This document shows positions 35,085 to 45,096 of a stretch of 64,000 nt of DNA, one piece after another. Position 1 is the stretch's first letter. Each line of letters starts with the position of its first letter. Source of the stretch: a virus (Duplodnaviria; Caudoviricetes). Location of the stretch: IMG/VR virus record IMGVR_UViG_3300027759_000043; one strand, written 5' to 3'. Below the pieces are notes generated by a model. That model saw only the letters and a program-made list of their open reading frames with translations, was not told where the DNA came from and searched no databases. The translations under genes and the position numbers were made by a program.

Positions 35085-35643
35085 CGCTGACGGCGTATTA
35101 TTAAACTGGGAGTATGCCTTTGCCATCTGGATGGAACAGCATGGACACGAAAAGCAATCGGGTTCAGAATTCATATACGACATTGGCGAGCGTTATGGAA
35201 TCTCCAAGGACCAAGGCCGCAAACTGATCAAACTGTTTAACGAATCGGCTGCTATTGGCTTCTTGCCACCCTTGCGTGACGCTATGTTCTATGTCAAGCG
35301 CCTGCACGAAGAACATGGCTATGTGTTTCACTGCATCACAAGTTTGTCAACAGATGTCAACGCACAACGCCTGCGTGAAATGAATCTCTCTAAACTGTTT
35401 GGATCTACTGCTTTTGAACGTGTGACTTGTTTGGAAACCGGGGCAGACAAAAATTACGCCCTGGAAGAGTATGCCGGGTCAGGCTGTTGGTGGGTGGAAG
35501 ACAAACCGGAAAATGCAGAAGTTGGACTTGATATGGGTTTACGTAGCATCCTGATGGAGCATGGGCATAATATGAATCATGTCAACGAACAAATTCCGGT
35601 TGTCAAAAATTGGCGGGAAATTTACGAAATCGTCACCTCCTAA
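34960..35643 (+). CDS. HAD-family 5'(3')-nucleotidase-like protein (true start probably about 35029-35071)
   Basis: LVDADGVLLNW, HCITS and WVEDK HAD motifs. Confidence 0.8.
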   Translation: MSPTTINITKTSLNDYYKRTDTKLSNLNLKKKHNPNQLILVDADGVLLNWEYAFAIWMEQHGHEKQSGSEFIYDIGERYGISKDQGRKLIKLFNESAAIGFLPPLRDAMFYVKRLHEEHGYVFHCITSLSTDVNAQRLREMNLSKLFGSTAFERVTCLETGADKNYALEEYAGSGCWWVEDKPENAEVGLDMGLRSILMEHGHNMNHVNEQIPVVKNWREIYEIVTS

Positions 35644-36374
35644 TCTTCGTACAATCTCAGCACTGAGCCAATGATGGGATGACGTTGGATATCTCGCCCG
35701 GTCATCCTGCACACAGCCATACCTGCCACAGGCTGTGCTTCTAATCTTGTGCATAGATCCAATAGGCCATTTGCGTCCTGTTTACGATCTGCTTGTTCCA
35801 CATCTCCAGTTACTACAATTCTGCTGCCGGTGCCTATGCGGCTTAGTAGCATTTTCATTTGTGCGGGAGTGGCGTTTTGCATTTCATCTGCAATGATCCA
35901 GGCATGCTTGAACGTGCGTCCACGCATGTAGGCCAAGGGTGAAATTTCAATTGTGCCTTCTTCAATCATGGCCAGGATCTCGGGCGGTCGGTAATACTCA
36001 CGTAGCACATCAAGCAGGGGTCTTGTCCAGGGTTCCATTTTGGCCACTAGATTGCCGGGTAAGAAGCCATGTTGTTCATCCTCCACGCCGATGGCGGGAC
36101 GAGTTAGAACGATACGCTTGGCTTCGCCGCTTCTGAAGGCTTTGACCGCTGCCAGCATGGCTAGATAGGTTTTACCAGTTCCTGCTGGCCCTGCTGTTAC
36201 AATGATGTGTTGGTCTGCGTCAAGTAGATTTAGTATGAGATGCTCTTGATTTCTAGTTTTGGGGATGAGTTCTATGGGTCGTTGTCGTGCCTTTGGTTGT
36301 GTGTTAAACGGAATTGTGTTTTCAGTGATTGTTTGCATACGTTGTTGCGCCTTGGCGCCTCTATTTCTACTCAA
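35640..36374 (-). CDS. phoH: PhoH-like ATPase
   Basis: GPAGTGKTY, LTRPA, GFLPG, AYMRGRT, DEMQN, TGD motifs; TTG start at 36374 with AGGAG RBS. Confidence 0.93.
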   Translation of the reverse strand: MSRNRGAKAQQRMQTITENTIPFNTQPKARQRPIELIPKTRNQEHLILNLLDADQHIIVTAGPAGTGKTYLAMLAAVKAFRSGEAKRIVLTRPAIGVEDEQHGFLPGNLVAKMEPWTRPLLDVLREYYRPPEILAMIEEGTIEISPLAYMRGRTFKHAWIIADEMQNATPAQMKMLLSRIGTGSRIVVTGDVEQADRKQDANGLLDLCTRLEAQPVAGMAVCRMTGRDIQRHPIIGSVLRLYED

Positions 36375-36536
36375 GTGCGATTCTCCTTTTGAAACAGCCA
36401 CTAGTGCTGTAGGAATATTTAGGTGAGTTACTTGAGAGTTCTATAGCCATGTAATTTCAAAATCCAGATCATAAGTATTAGACTTTGCGGTAAAAAACAA
36501 ACAAAGTGCTATTTGACTCTTGCCATAAATATCTGT

Positions 36537-37145
36537 ATGGCACTCAAAGACGAAGCAATTTTTAAAGATCATACAGATTACTGGATGGTTGCGGACAACA
36601 TTCGCGATATCTATCTGTCAGAGGGCAGTTTGCTTACCCTGTTAGATTTTGAGCGTGTGCTGGACGAAATGGATCTGTATGCGTTTCGAAACTGGGACCG
36701 CGGTGAACTAGTACAAGGCCCTGATATCGGCAAATACAAAGTGGGCTGTATTTTTATGTGGCCGGAAAAACTCATGCCCGATCCACGTGGCGCACGTCGT
36801 TTGCTACCATTTGACTGTGATGTGAGATTCAAAAAAACCACTATCAAAATACCCATCAAAGTGGAGCAACCCGCAGACTACATGCCCGGTACGCACACCG
36901 CTCGCTTGGTAGAAAAACACGTATGGCTGGTGGAAATTGTCATGCCCAAAGCCTTAATTTCAGACATCCGCACAGGATCAATTGAATTGGAAGACGAGGA
37001 AATTGATCTAGAAGATTTGGATTCAGCCTATCAAGAGGATCTTGATGGCGAGCAATATCAAAATGACCAGAGCGCAGAAAATGCACAACAATCATTACAA
37101 CAACCAGGAGCACCAATTGCAGCCGCACCGCCAGTCGCTTCTTGA
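36537..37145 (+). CDS. Conserved hypothetical late protein
   Basis: TAAATA at 36526-36531, ATG 6 nt later; acidic C-terminus. Confidence 0.75.
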   Translation: MALKDEAIFKDHTDYWMVADNIRDIYLSEGSLLTLLDFERVLDEMDLYAFRNWDRGELVQGPDIGKYKVGCIFMWPEKLMPDPRGARRLLPFDCDVRFKKTTIKIPIKVEQPADYMPGTHTARLVEKHVWLVEIVMPKALISDIRTGSIELEDEEIDLEDLDSAYQEDLDGEQYQNDQSAENAQQSLQQPGAPIAAAPPVAS

Positions 37146-37665
37146 AGGTCTTGGCTACAAAGACCTTGAGGGCATACTAAAGCCCACTATTCACGTGGAC
37201 GAATTCTCATCCAAAATGGGCGATGATGACGACATCATTGTACTCAGTTTCTTCACACGTGACAAAGCCGCTGCCAAGGATCTAATGAATTGGTTTGAAA
37301 AGGGCTATGACTTTGTGCTGGATGCTGATCAAAGCCCCGGTGAAATCAAGCCCAATAGATATCTAGTGTATGTGGAAATGCGACGTCGCAGAGCCGCTCC
37401 TGAACAGATCAATGAACTGCTGGAAGACCTGGGCACACTAACAGAGTTTGATCCTGCGGACTGGACCATGGTCTACAAGGAAAAGACACATCCTTGGAGC
37501 CCTGAAGAGTTTGCACGTTTGGTGCCACTCAGTCCAAGAGAGTATCGTGAGCGTACAGAGCGTGATCTAAACGAATGGCGCACGGCCGCAGGCTTGCCTG
37601 TGAAGCCTACTTACGAGCGAGATGATGCCATTCGCACAATACAATCAGCGGCAGGTATCATATGA
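37081..37665 (+). CDS. Conserved hypothetical late protein
   Basis: LLEGLGYKDLEG...; overlaps the upstream gene end. Confidence 0.7.
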   Translation: MHNNHYNNQEHQLQPHRQSLLEGLGYKDLEGILKPTIHVDEFSSKMGDDDDIIVLSFFTRDKAAAKDLMNWFEKGYDFVLDADQSPGEIKPNRYLVYVEMRRRRAAPEQINELLEDLGTLTEFDPADWTMVYKEKTHPWSPEEFARLVPLSPREYRERTERDLNEWRTAAGLPVKPTYERDDAIRTIQSAAGII

Positions 37666-38678
37666 GACTAAGAGAATTTGCACCCGCAGGTGGCGGTGGT
37701 TCAGGAGACTATTTTCAAGCACTGGCTAGTGCCTGGTACAATGGTGTGTTTGACACAGGTAGTCTGCAAAAAGGCATCAAGAGTCAAGAAGACGTGGAAC
37801 GTTTGTTAAATCGTGGCATTGTGTGTCCTGATGGTAAAACACGTAAACTGCATATTGATTACAACAGTGACTTTGACGGTGTGGAAATCTACAGTGATGA
37901 CTACTATGAATACGGTGACCACGATGCCACAATAGACAGTCGCACAGGTCAAAAGTGGGGGCCATATGATTTTATGGCATTCTCAGATGAGGACTTGAGC
38001 GAAGGCCTAAATGAATTTGCAGCCGATGATGGTGACCGTGGCGAAGACGATGCACTACGTAATTACGCTAGAATGTGGTGGGCCGGGGACGAAGCAACAC
38101 AAATGCAAATTGAACGGGCTCTTGTCAAGATGGGCTGGGAAATTGGCCAAGACGAAGGCGGCTACGACAACGGCGGTGTGTTTGTTGTACGTGCTGGTGA
38201 TGAGAACGGTGACAGTTATCAATCATGGGCCGCAGAAGATTTAACCGAAGGTGTGGCAGTAGACCCCAATAATCCCTGGGGATCACAAGGACGCTTTGTA
38301 GGCGATACTGGTCCTACGCAAATTACAAACACAGTTCCTCGACATGAGTTCCGCGCAGGTGATCGAGTCATGTACAAACCTACTGGTGCTCGTGCTCGTA
38401 TTGAAAACTTATACAAAAACGGAACCGTTGCACGAATTCATGTGGCCAGTGGCATGGGTGGCCAATACTTTGATGCCAAAGTTGCTGATCTAAGACCCAT
38501 TGGTCAAGGCCGCTTGGAGGAGAAGAGCACAAGCCAGGCACAGTTCCGCACAATGGCGGCTGCCGCACATGATCCTAAATTTGCCCGGAAAGTTGGCATC
38601 AAGCAGAGTGTGGCAAAAGAGTTTAACCGGGCCGATAAAGGGCAAAGTTACAAGTCATTGCCTAAGCGGGCAGACTGA
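37662..38678 (+). CDS. Modular putative head-internal protein
   Basis: MRLRE start; internal LSEG, LNEF, LTEG and LEEK junctions; basic C-terminal module. Confidence 0.65.
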   Translation: MRLREFAPAGGGGSGDYFQALASAWYNGVFDTGSLQKGIKSQEDVERLLNRGIVCPDGKTRKLHIDYNSDFDGVEIYSDDYYEYGDHDATIDSRTGQKWGPYDFMAFSDEDLSEGLNEFAADDGDRGEDDALRNYARMWWAGDEATQMQIERALVKMGWEIGQDEGGYDNGGVFVVRAGDENGDSYQSWAAEDLTEGVAVDPNNPWGSQGRFVGDTGPTQITNTVPRHEFRAGDRVMYKPTGARARIENLYKNGTVARIHVASGMGGQYFDAKVADLRPIGQGRLEEKSTSQAQFRTMAAAAHDPKFARKVGIKQSVAKEFNRADKGQSYKSLPKRAD

Positions 38679-38680
38679 TC

Positions 38681-39109
38681 ATGAGACAGTACATCAATCT
38701 TGTGGAAGCAGTGCAAAAGGGCTGTCCTATTGCCACGCATGATATCACACTAAATCTTAAAAATCGCCAGGCGGCCATTGATGACTATCACTACGGCCCA
38801 GCCAATCCGCTAGAGCCCGGTGACTACTGGGCAGGTGCCGCCAAGCGTTGGGCAGTGCCAGAGCGAACTGTAAAGACCATGCTGTGTGGCAACTGTGCGG
38901 CTTTTGATGCAAGTGACACCATGCGTAAGTGTATTGAGTCAGGAATCCAAGGCGATGAAAAACACGCAGATGCCGCGGCCACAATAAACTTGAGTGATCT
39001 TGGCTACTGTAATTTTTTACACTTCAAATGTGCCGGAACCAGAACTTGTGCGGCCTGGGTAGTGGGCGGTCCTATTACCGAAAAAGATCGCGGACAAAAG
39101 GTGGACTAA
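38681..39109 (+). CDS. Cys-rich putative metal-binding protein
   Basis: CGNC, YCNFLHFKC and TCAAW; MRQYINLVE leader. Confidence 0.7.
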   Translation: MRQYINLVEAVQKGCPIATHDITLNLKNRQAAIDDYHYGPANPLEPGDYWAGAAKRWAVPERTVKTMLCGNCAAFDASDTMRKCIESGIQGDEKHADAAATINLSDLGYCNFLHFKCAGTRTCAAWVVGGPITEKDRGQKVD

Positions 39110-39868
39110 ATGATCCTGGGTGATCTTTTTGAATCTAGTGGTCCTAGTTTAGAAGGCAGTTACACACCGGATCTAGTGTTCAGCAAACTGTGGCTGGCCC
39201 GTGAACTAAAATCCGTATTACAACAACAGGGCATCGACTCGGTGCCTGTTGCTTACATCCTGGGCTCTTGGTACAGCAATCTCAGCACAATCCTACGTAG
39301 AACAGGCGTGCCTATTGATCGAATTGTGGATGTGGAGCAACGGGGCGAGTGGTCGGAAACAGGGCAAAAGTTACAACAAGGCATGAACATCCAGGGTGTG
39401 GAACACATGCAGGCCGACGCCAACGAAATAGACTACAGACAATTACAACAGCCCGGCATTGTAATCAACACCAGCACAAATGACATCGCTGATCATGGCT
39501 GGTTTGATCACATTCCTGCTGGTACCTTTGTTGTGTTACAAGGACGCGACGCAGTACCTAGTGGTGCAGAACACACATATCAAACTCCAGAAGAACTGCT
39601 TGAAATGTATCCGTTAGAATCGGTGCTGTATTCAGGCACATGGGATTTGACAGATCCTGAAACGCCTTATCAACGTAGCATGGTGATAGGCATTCGAGGA
39701 CGTGAGCCGTTGAGAGAATTGCAGTTCCTGGGATCAACCTGTACCAAGGACTGTTCAGGACACCGTGCTGGCTACAACTGGAGCAAGCGCAAGGGCCTGG
39801 TACCTGGCAACAGCCCCTGGAGCCCCAGTTTCAACAAAGGTGCCGCACTGGCAGTGGCTGGAAAATAA
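39110..39868 (+). CDS. Rossmann methyltransferase-like protein with C-terminal Cys module
   Basis: YILGSWY...IVDVE...VINTS; tail CTKDCSGHRAGYNW. Confidence 0.6.
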   Translation: MILGDLFESSGPSLEGSYTPDLVFSKLWLARELKSVLQQQGIDSVPVAYILGSWYSNLSTILRRTGVPIDRIVDVEQRGEWSETGQKLQQGMNIQGVEHMQADANEIDYRQLQQPGIVINTSTNDIADHGWFDHIPAGTFVVLQGRDAVPSGAEHTYQTPEELLEMYPLESVLYSGTWDLTDPETPYQRSMVIGIRGREPLRELQFLGSTCTKDCSGHRAGYNWSKRKGLVPGNSPWSPSFNKGAALAVAGK

Positions 39869-39902
39869 ACCGCACACACTGTTTGCAATATATAACTGCA
39901 CT

Positions 39903-40547
39903 ATGAAATTGAAAAGTTTTGGGTGCAGTTTTATTTTTGGCACTGAGTTAAGTGACATTACCAACAGAACAAAAAAATACAGTCAATTGACTTGGCCGGC
40001 TGTGATTGCTCAACGCCAGGGATTACAATACAGTTGTTATGCCCGACCAGGGTCGGGCAATTTACAAATACTAAACAATGTGCTGGATCAAGTGGCTCAG
40101 CACTGCAATGACATTTACATAATCAATTGGACTTTTGTAAATCGTTGGGATTACATGTATGCTGGTAACAATCAATGGCATTCCATTCTGCCCTGGGATC
40201 AGCATGATCGTGCAGAATTTTACTATCGGCATTTTCAAGCCGAGTACACAGACAAGTTGAACAATTTGATCTGGATCAATTGTGCTGTACAAGCACTTGA
40301 AGCCGTGAACGCAAAGTTTTGTATGACCTACATGGACTCATTGTTGCTTGATTCACGGTGGAATACCGGTCCGGGTATTGCACAATTACAACAACGTATT
40401 GCGCCGCATTTGAATTTGTTTGATGGTGCTAATTTTGTGGACTGGAGTCAACGCAATGGACATGCTATTAGTTCACAATATCATCACCCGCTGGAACAGG
40501 CACATTCAGCAGCCGCTGACTATCTAATAGATCACAATTTGGTATAG
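39903..40547 (+). CDS. SGNH-hydrolase-like protein
   Basis: SFGCSFIFG...ARPGSGN...HHPLEQAH. Confidence 0.6.
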   Translation: MKLKSFGCSFIFGTELSDITNRTKKYSQLTWPAVIAQRQGLQYSCYARPGSGNLQILNNVLDQVAQHCNDIYIINWTFVNRWDYMYAGNNQWHSILPWDQHDRAEFYYRHFQAEYTDKLNNLIWINCAVQALEAVNAKFCMTYMDSLLLDSRWNTGPGIAQLQQRIAPHLNLFDGANFVDWSQRNGHAISSQYHHPLEQAHSAAADYLIDHNLV

Positions 40548-41257
40548 ACAAAATACAGTCTATCGTTGGCATCTTTTTTGTAGGTATCTAAATGCAAGTT
40601 GTATAGTTCAGCAAATTCATTTACCACTTCAAAAGTCCAATTAAAGATTTCCACATAAGGTCCTGTTCGGTGTGTGATACCAGGATTGGCACGTAGATAA
40701 AACCGGCCCCCGGTCTTCAATAAATCCACACAATGACTGAATCGCGATTCAATTTCGTCGCGGCTATTAAAATTAATTGATCCCAGAGCAATAATAACAT
40801 CGTAAAAATGTTTTACTCGGTACTCTAAAATATCAACTTCATAATCTGCGCAGTTATTGTAAGGGTCAATTCCAATTAAATTGTTGATTCTTCCTTTAAA
40901 TGGGTGATAGCCACAGCCAACATCTAGAACCCGTTCGGGATTTAGTTTGTTGATCTCATCGGCCAATTCCCAACCTGTGTGTTCATAATCCCCTGTTCTG
41001 GGTTTCCATATTTCACTGAAGAAACGCAAGATATAGCGTTCTGACAGATCATCCACAATTGATCGTAATGTACCCACATAATCGCAGGGTAAACTTAGTT
41101 CTGCTTCCACAGCGTCCTTGAACTTTCTGTAACGTGCAGGAGTCCAGGGCAAGTCCTGTACCACTGTATCAGCGTCAATAGAAATATCAGCATATTTGGG
41201 CAAAGCAAATGCTGTTTGCAAATTTTGTGTAAGCAAATTAAAAATTTTGGTGTTCAT
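40532..41257 (-). CDS. Class I SAM methyltransferase with ACP-like N-terminal domain
   Basis: VLDVGCG, IGIDP, IIALGSINF motifs; about 75-aa helical N-terminus. Confidence 0.75.
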   Translation of the reverse strand: MNTKIFNLLTQNLQTAFALPKYADISIDADTVVQDLPWTPARYRKFKDAVEAELSLPCDYVGTLRSIVDDLSERYILRFFSEIWKPRTGDYEHTGWELADEINKLNPERVLDVGCGYHPFKGRINNLIGIDPYNNCADYEVDILEYRVKHFYDVIIALGSINFNSRDEIESRFSHCVDLLKTGGRFYLRANPGITHRTGPYVEIFNWTFEVVNEFAELYNLHLDTYKKDANDRLYFVYTKL

Positions 41258-42105
41258 GGTGTTCCTTTGATTATAACATGTTTTAATTCTTCAGTTGAAG
41301 TGGGAAATTGGTCAAGACCGTGACAGGCTATTTCAATTCCTTGCGTTCTAAGAACATATTGTACAATTGCCTCACCCATGACACTCAATGATGACCATTG
41401 GCAAGGCTGACCCTGCAGGCTTTTCAAAATCATTTGAATAGTTTGAAATTCATTAACAATATATTGTTGTTTTTCAAACCATTCCAAATAAAAATTGTCA
41501 ATGTCATCAGGTGAATTCAGTGTTAAATTGCAATAGTCCAACATAGTTGTCACGGTGTGTTTAAAGTTGTACAAAATATCGTCGGCTGTGACACACAACC
41601 AATTGTCTTGGGACTGGGCAGGAACCTGCAAATAATTTTCAGTCTCGTCTAATGCAAAACTCAAGGCCTCTCGGAGTTCGTAGATCTGCATGTCTGACAC
41701 ACAGTTATATGCAGGATTCCAGGCCATAGGTTTGTTTTTTAGTACCCTGTCTACATATCCAGGTGCTTTGTAGTAAGCAAAAAGACTGTTTCTGTACACT
41801 TGCTCAGGTGTGTCAAAGTGTATCAAAATCAATTTTTGTTCTGCTGATATTTTTTCAGATATCTTTTGCACTGTGGTCAATGGGTCTAGATAATCTAGAC
41901 CTGGATAAACAGGTGTGGCTATTTCCCAGGAGTCGTTACTATTCCATTTGTCAATTGTTTTTGGATGGAACTCTTTCTCGTACGAATGCATACTGCCATT
42001 GTCTAATACTCTGGCGTCAATCGACTGTAATTCATTGCTGAAATTGCGCAGAGCATATTCTATAGTGCTACCAAATGCACCAGCAGGAAACAATACAGTA
42101 ATCAT
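41254..42105 (-). CDS. Sulfotransferase-like P-loop protein (tentative)
   Basis: N-terminal VLFPAGAFGSTIEY loop. Confidence 0.45.
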   Translation of the reverse strand: MITVLFPAGAFGSTIEYALRNFSNELQSIDARVLDNGSMHSYEKEFHPKTIDKWNSNDSWEIATPVYPGLDYLDPLTTVQKISEKISAEQKLILIHFDTPEQVYRNSLFAYYKAPGYVDRVLKNKPMAWNPAYNCVSDMQIYELREALSFALDETENYLQVPAQSQDNWLCVTADDILYNFKHTVTTMLDYCNLTLNSPDDIDNFYLEWFEKQQYIVNEFQTIQMILKSLQGQPCQWSSLSVMGEAIVQYVLRTQGIEIACHGLDQFPTSTEELKHVIIKGTP

Positions 42106-42237
42106 AAAAAATTTGCAGACTGTTTAAAAATTTTGGTTTTCATTGAAATTTTCTTTAAAAAGGTAAATAATTTTACAAGAGTCTTAAAAATTTTACAACT
42201 TCTTGTTTTTTTTGTTAAGTATATTTAAGGAGTAACT

Positions 42238-43215
42238 ATGACAATCAAAAAATTATTAATCGCCACATTATTAGTGCCTGTATTGGCATGGGCATGGGAA
42301 CCCACAAAGCCCGTGACAGTTATCATTGGCAACACACCTGGTGCAGGAAATGAAATGGCCTTTAGAAAATTGGCTGAAATTGTGCAGAAAAAGAATCCCA
42401 ACTTTGTGTATGTTGTACAAAACATTCCTGGCGCCGATTCAGTAATTGCCAACAACCGATTCTTGGAAGCCGCCAATGACGGCTTGACCATTAACTTGCC
42501 CTCACACATGAGTTCGTATGTTACAAATGATATCTGGGAAAAGAACATTAAAAAATACAATTATGACAGTTTTGTAGATGTATTAACAATGGGCAAATCA
42601 CCACTGGTATTGGTTGCGTCAGTAAAAAGTGGAATTGAAACTCCACAGGATTTTATAAAATACATTCAATCAGGCCGTAATATCAATGTAGCAATCGGCG
42701 GCGGAGCACATCGCACAGCATTTGAATACTTGATGGCCAAAGGCAACGGCAATAAAGAAGCAGTTCGATCAATTAAATTCAATGGCCCTGTTCCTGCTGT
42801 ACAGAGCGTGGGACAATGGGACGGAAAAACAGGTACTGAGTTTGGTATCATGCCCATTGCTGTGGCCAAATCATTAATTGATGGGGGCAAGGTAAAACCC
42901 ATTGGATTCACTGGCACAAGAAAGATGCCACAGTTTCCTGCAGTTCCGTTATTGAACACAGTGGCACCTGGCATTAACGTATATGCCGCATGGTCAATTC
43001 AATTGCCGCCAGGCACTAACCGAGATATTACGGAATGGTACCAACAACAATTCTCAGCCGCTGTGCGTAGTGCAGAGTATCGGGAATATACAGATGCCAA
43101 CGTTATCTTTTATGCTGAAGATGAACTAACTCCTGCTGGACTAAAGCGGCACATGGATGACCTAAGGGCCGCCTTTATTCCTGTGCTGAGCAAGATTGAT
43201 TTAAGTAAAGAATGA
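42238..43215 (+). CDS. Tripartite tricarboxylate transporter substrate-binding protein (TctC/Bug)
   Basis: Signal peptide; PTKPVTVIIGNTPGAG, VQNIPGA and VPLL.TVAPG features. Confidence 0.85.
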   Translation: MTIKKLLIATLLVPVLAWAWEPTKPVTVIIGNTPGAGNEMAFRKLAEIVQKKNPNFVYVVQNIPGADSVIANNRFLEAANDGLTINLPSHMSSYVTNDIWEKNIKKYNYDSFVDVLTMGKSPLVLVASVKSGIETPQDFIKYIQSGRNINVAIGGGAHRTAFEYLMAKGNGNKEAVRSIKFNGPVPAVQSVGQWDGKTGTEFGIMPIAVAKSLIDGGKVKPIGFTGTRKMPQFPAVPLLNTVAPGINVYAAWSIQLPPGTNRDITEWYQQQFSAAVRSAEYREYTDANVIFYAEDELTPAGLKRHMDDLRAAFIPVLSKIDLSKE

Positions 43216-43832
43216 AATATATCTTTGTAGCCGGCGCACCAGGCTCTAAATGGAGCAGTGTAGTTAAGAATATCTATTACTCACCCGACATTGATCGGTC
43301 AGATTATTCTGATGCACGTACATATTATCATGACGCAAGCGGAAAGCGGGAATTAATGCACCTGGGTGCGTATTTTGATCCCGGAATGGAATTTGGTCGA
43401 TTCTTTCACCGCTTGAGCATGTACGATAAAGACACACTGGAAAAGGATTTTGACGAGCCATTTTCAGGAACCGGTGTGCGTATCATTAAAAGTCATGTGT
43501 TTGCCAATCACATAGATCATTTAAAAGCATTATGGCCCGAATGTCCTATTGTTTTAGTACACCGTGATGATGACGCTTGCCTGGGCTGGTGGGTCAAATG
43601 CGGCCATTTTGACATCACATATCCATTATACCATGACTACTATCGAGATTTACGAACCATGGCCGGTATAATTCAGGAACAAAATGAAGGTATAGTAGCG
43701 GCACAACTTAAATATTACGGAAGACACCCGTTAACGAATCACGAGTTGGCCAGGATGCTAGGTATTGCTGTGCCACCGGACGAATACAGTCAAGACTATG
43801 GTCAATCAAACATAAGGGTAACGGTAATATGA
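43212..43832 (+). CDS. P-loop/sulfotransferase-like protein
   Basis: IFVAGAPGSKWS, IIKSH, IVLVHRD. Confidence 0.55.
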   Translation: MKYIFVAGAPGSKWSSVVKNIYYSPDIDRSDYSDARTYYHDASGKRELMHLGAYFDPGMEFGRFFHRLSMYDKDTLEKDFDEPFSGTGVRIIKSHVFANHIDHLKALWPECPIVLVHRDDDACLGWWVKCGHFDITYPLYHDYYRDLRTMAGIIQEQNEGIVAAQLKYYGRHPLTNHELARMLGIAVPPDEYSQDYGQSNIRVTVI

Positions 43833-44479
43833 AATCAAATTGGGCGATATCACGAGCACGAAGTAACTATCATTTTGATCCTAAAAGAATAGATCAACCT
43901 GAAGATGTCATGCGATATCTAGGACATATAGAACCCACGTGGACAGGGGATTTAACGGATGTAATTGCTACAGCAAAACCCGCAACCTGGGCCACACGTG
44001 GATACAAAGGTGAGGGAATTGAAGCACCGCCTGAGGAATTGGAACGGGAAGAATATGATTTAACAGCAAATGGCATGCCGCAAGACCTGCCCATTACACA
44101 TTTGTCATGGCGCATTCCTGAAAGCCTACAACGCATCACGGATGCTTTTGCCCTGGAAAACTGCATGAATCGCATACACATACAACGTCCAGGGGAAGTA
44201 TGGAACCTGCACATAGATAAATTGTCGAAATGGGATCCTGATCATCCTGAATTAGTCATGCGAATAATGATACAATTGACAGACTGGCAACCAGGACAGT
44301 TCTGGGCCTACGGCAATTATCACTACAGCCAATGGCGTGCGGGCGATGTAACTACGTTTGACTGGGCTAATATTCCACATTGCACAGCAAATGCTGGATT
44401 TGATCCCAGAGTAACATTTCAATTAACAGGCATACGTACTGCCGCAACCATGGACTACCTAGCGGCACTACCCCGATGA
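43829..44479 (+). CDS. 2OG-Fe(II) oxygenase/cupin (Asp/Arg beta-hydroxylase-like)
   Basis: PGEVWNLHID (HxD) ...FDWANIPHCTANAG..PRVTFQLTG. Confidence 0.75.
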   Translation: MKSNWAISRARSNYHFDPKRIDQPEDVMRYLGHIEPTWTGDLTDVIATAKPATWATRGYKGEGIEAPPEELEREEYDLTANGMPQDLPITHLSWRIPESLQRITDAFALENCMNRIHIQRPGEVWNLHIDKLSKWDPDHPELVMRIMIQLTDWQPGQFWAYGNYHYSQWRAGDVTTFDWANIPHCTANAGFDPRVTFQLTGIRTAATMDYLAALPR

Positions 44480-45096
44480 AAACAATATTAATCTTAACAG
44501 GCCCACAAGGCTCAGGCAATCATTTATGGAGCAAGATATTTGCTCTGCATCCGCAGGTGACAGGATGGCAGGCACTATTAACGGATTATTGGATAGGACA
44601 TGATCAAGAGCCATTTGCACAGTATTGGCAGGATCCTGAACAATTGCGATACTACAGATGGGCACAAAGTGACTGGTATGTGACTTCAATGAGTGTGCCT
44701 TACATGATGAATGGCACGCCCACTGTACCCAATTTCAAAGCATTTGTGACTAAATTACAAATAGCAGGTGTACGCATAAAGTTTGCTGTGCTGGGACGTG
44801 ATCGTAACATAGTGGAGATGCAACAAACCCGTGTGCGTGGTGCACCCACCTTGGCCACAGCATTAGCAGAATTTGATCAATTGGCCGCTCCTGTGTTTTT
44901 GAGTTATGAATTACTGCATCTTTATGGTGTGAAATATCTAGACAACATTCAACAACAATTAGGATTTCCAATTGCAACAACAGATCCCAGAATACAAGAC
45001 ATCCTGGCCGAGGACGCTAATAGTAAATACTTTGTGCCCATTGCGCATCACCCAACAGATGATCTTGCACGACACACTTCAAGGAAACACACATGA
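44476..45096 (+). CDS. Sulfotransferase-family protein
   Basis: ILTGPQGSGNHLW PAPS-loop-like motif; LGRDRN; LSYELL. Confidence 0.6.
   Translation: MKTILILTGPQGSGNHLWSKIFALHPQVTGWQALLTDYWIGHDQEPFAQYWQDPEQLRYYRWAQSDWYVTSMSVPYMMNGTPTVPNFKAFVTKLQIAGVRIKFAVLGRDRNIVEMQQTRVRGAPTLATALAEFDQLAAPVFLSYELLHLYGVKYLDNIQQQLGFPIATTDPRIQDILAEDANSKYFVPIAHHPTDDLARHTSRKHT

Noticed and set aside
10481-36000. GTAATACT half-sites inside coding regions (for example about 10481, 18107, 27631, 35992)
   Set aside because: They lack the second arm and lie within genes, as expected by chance in AT-rich sequence.
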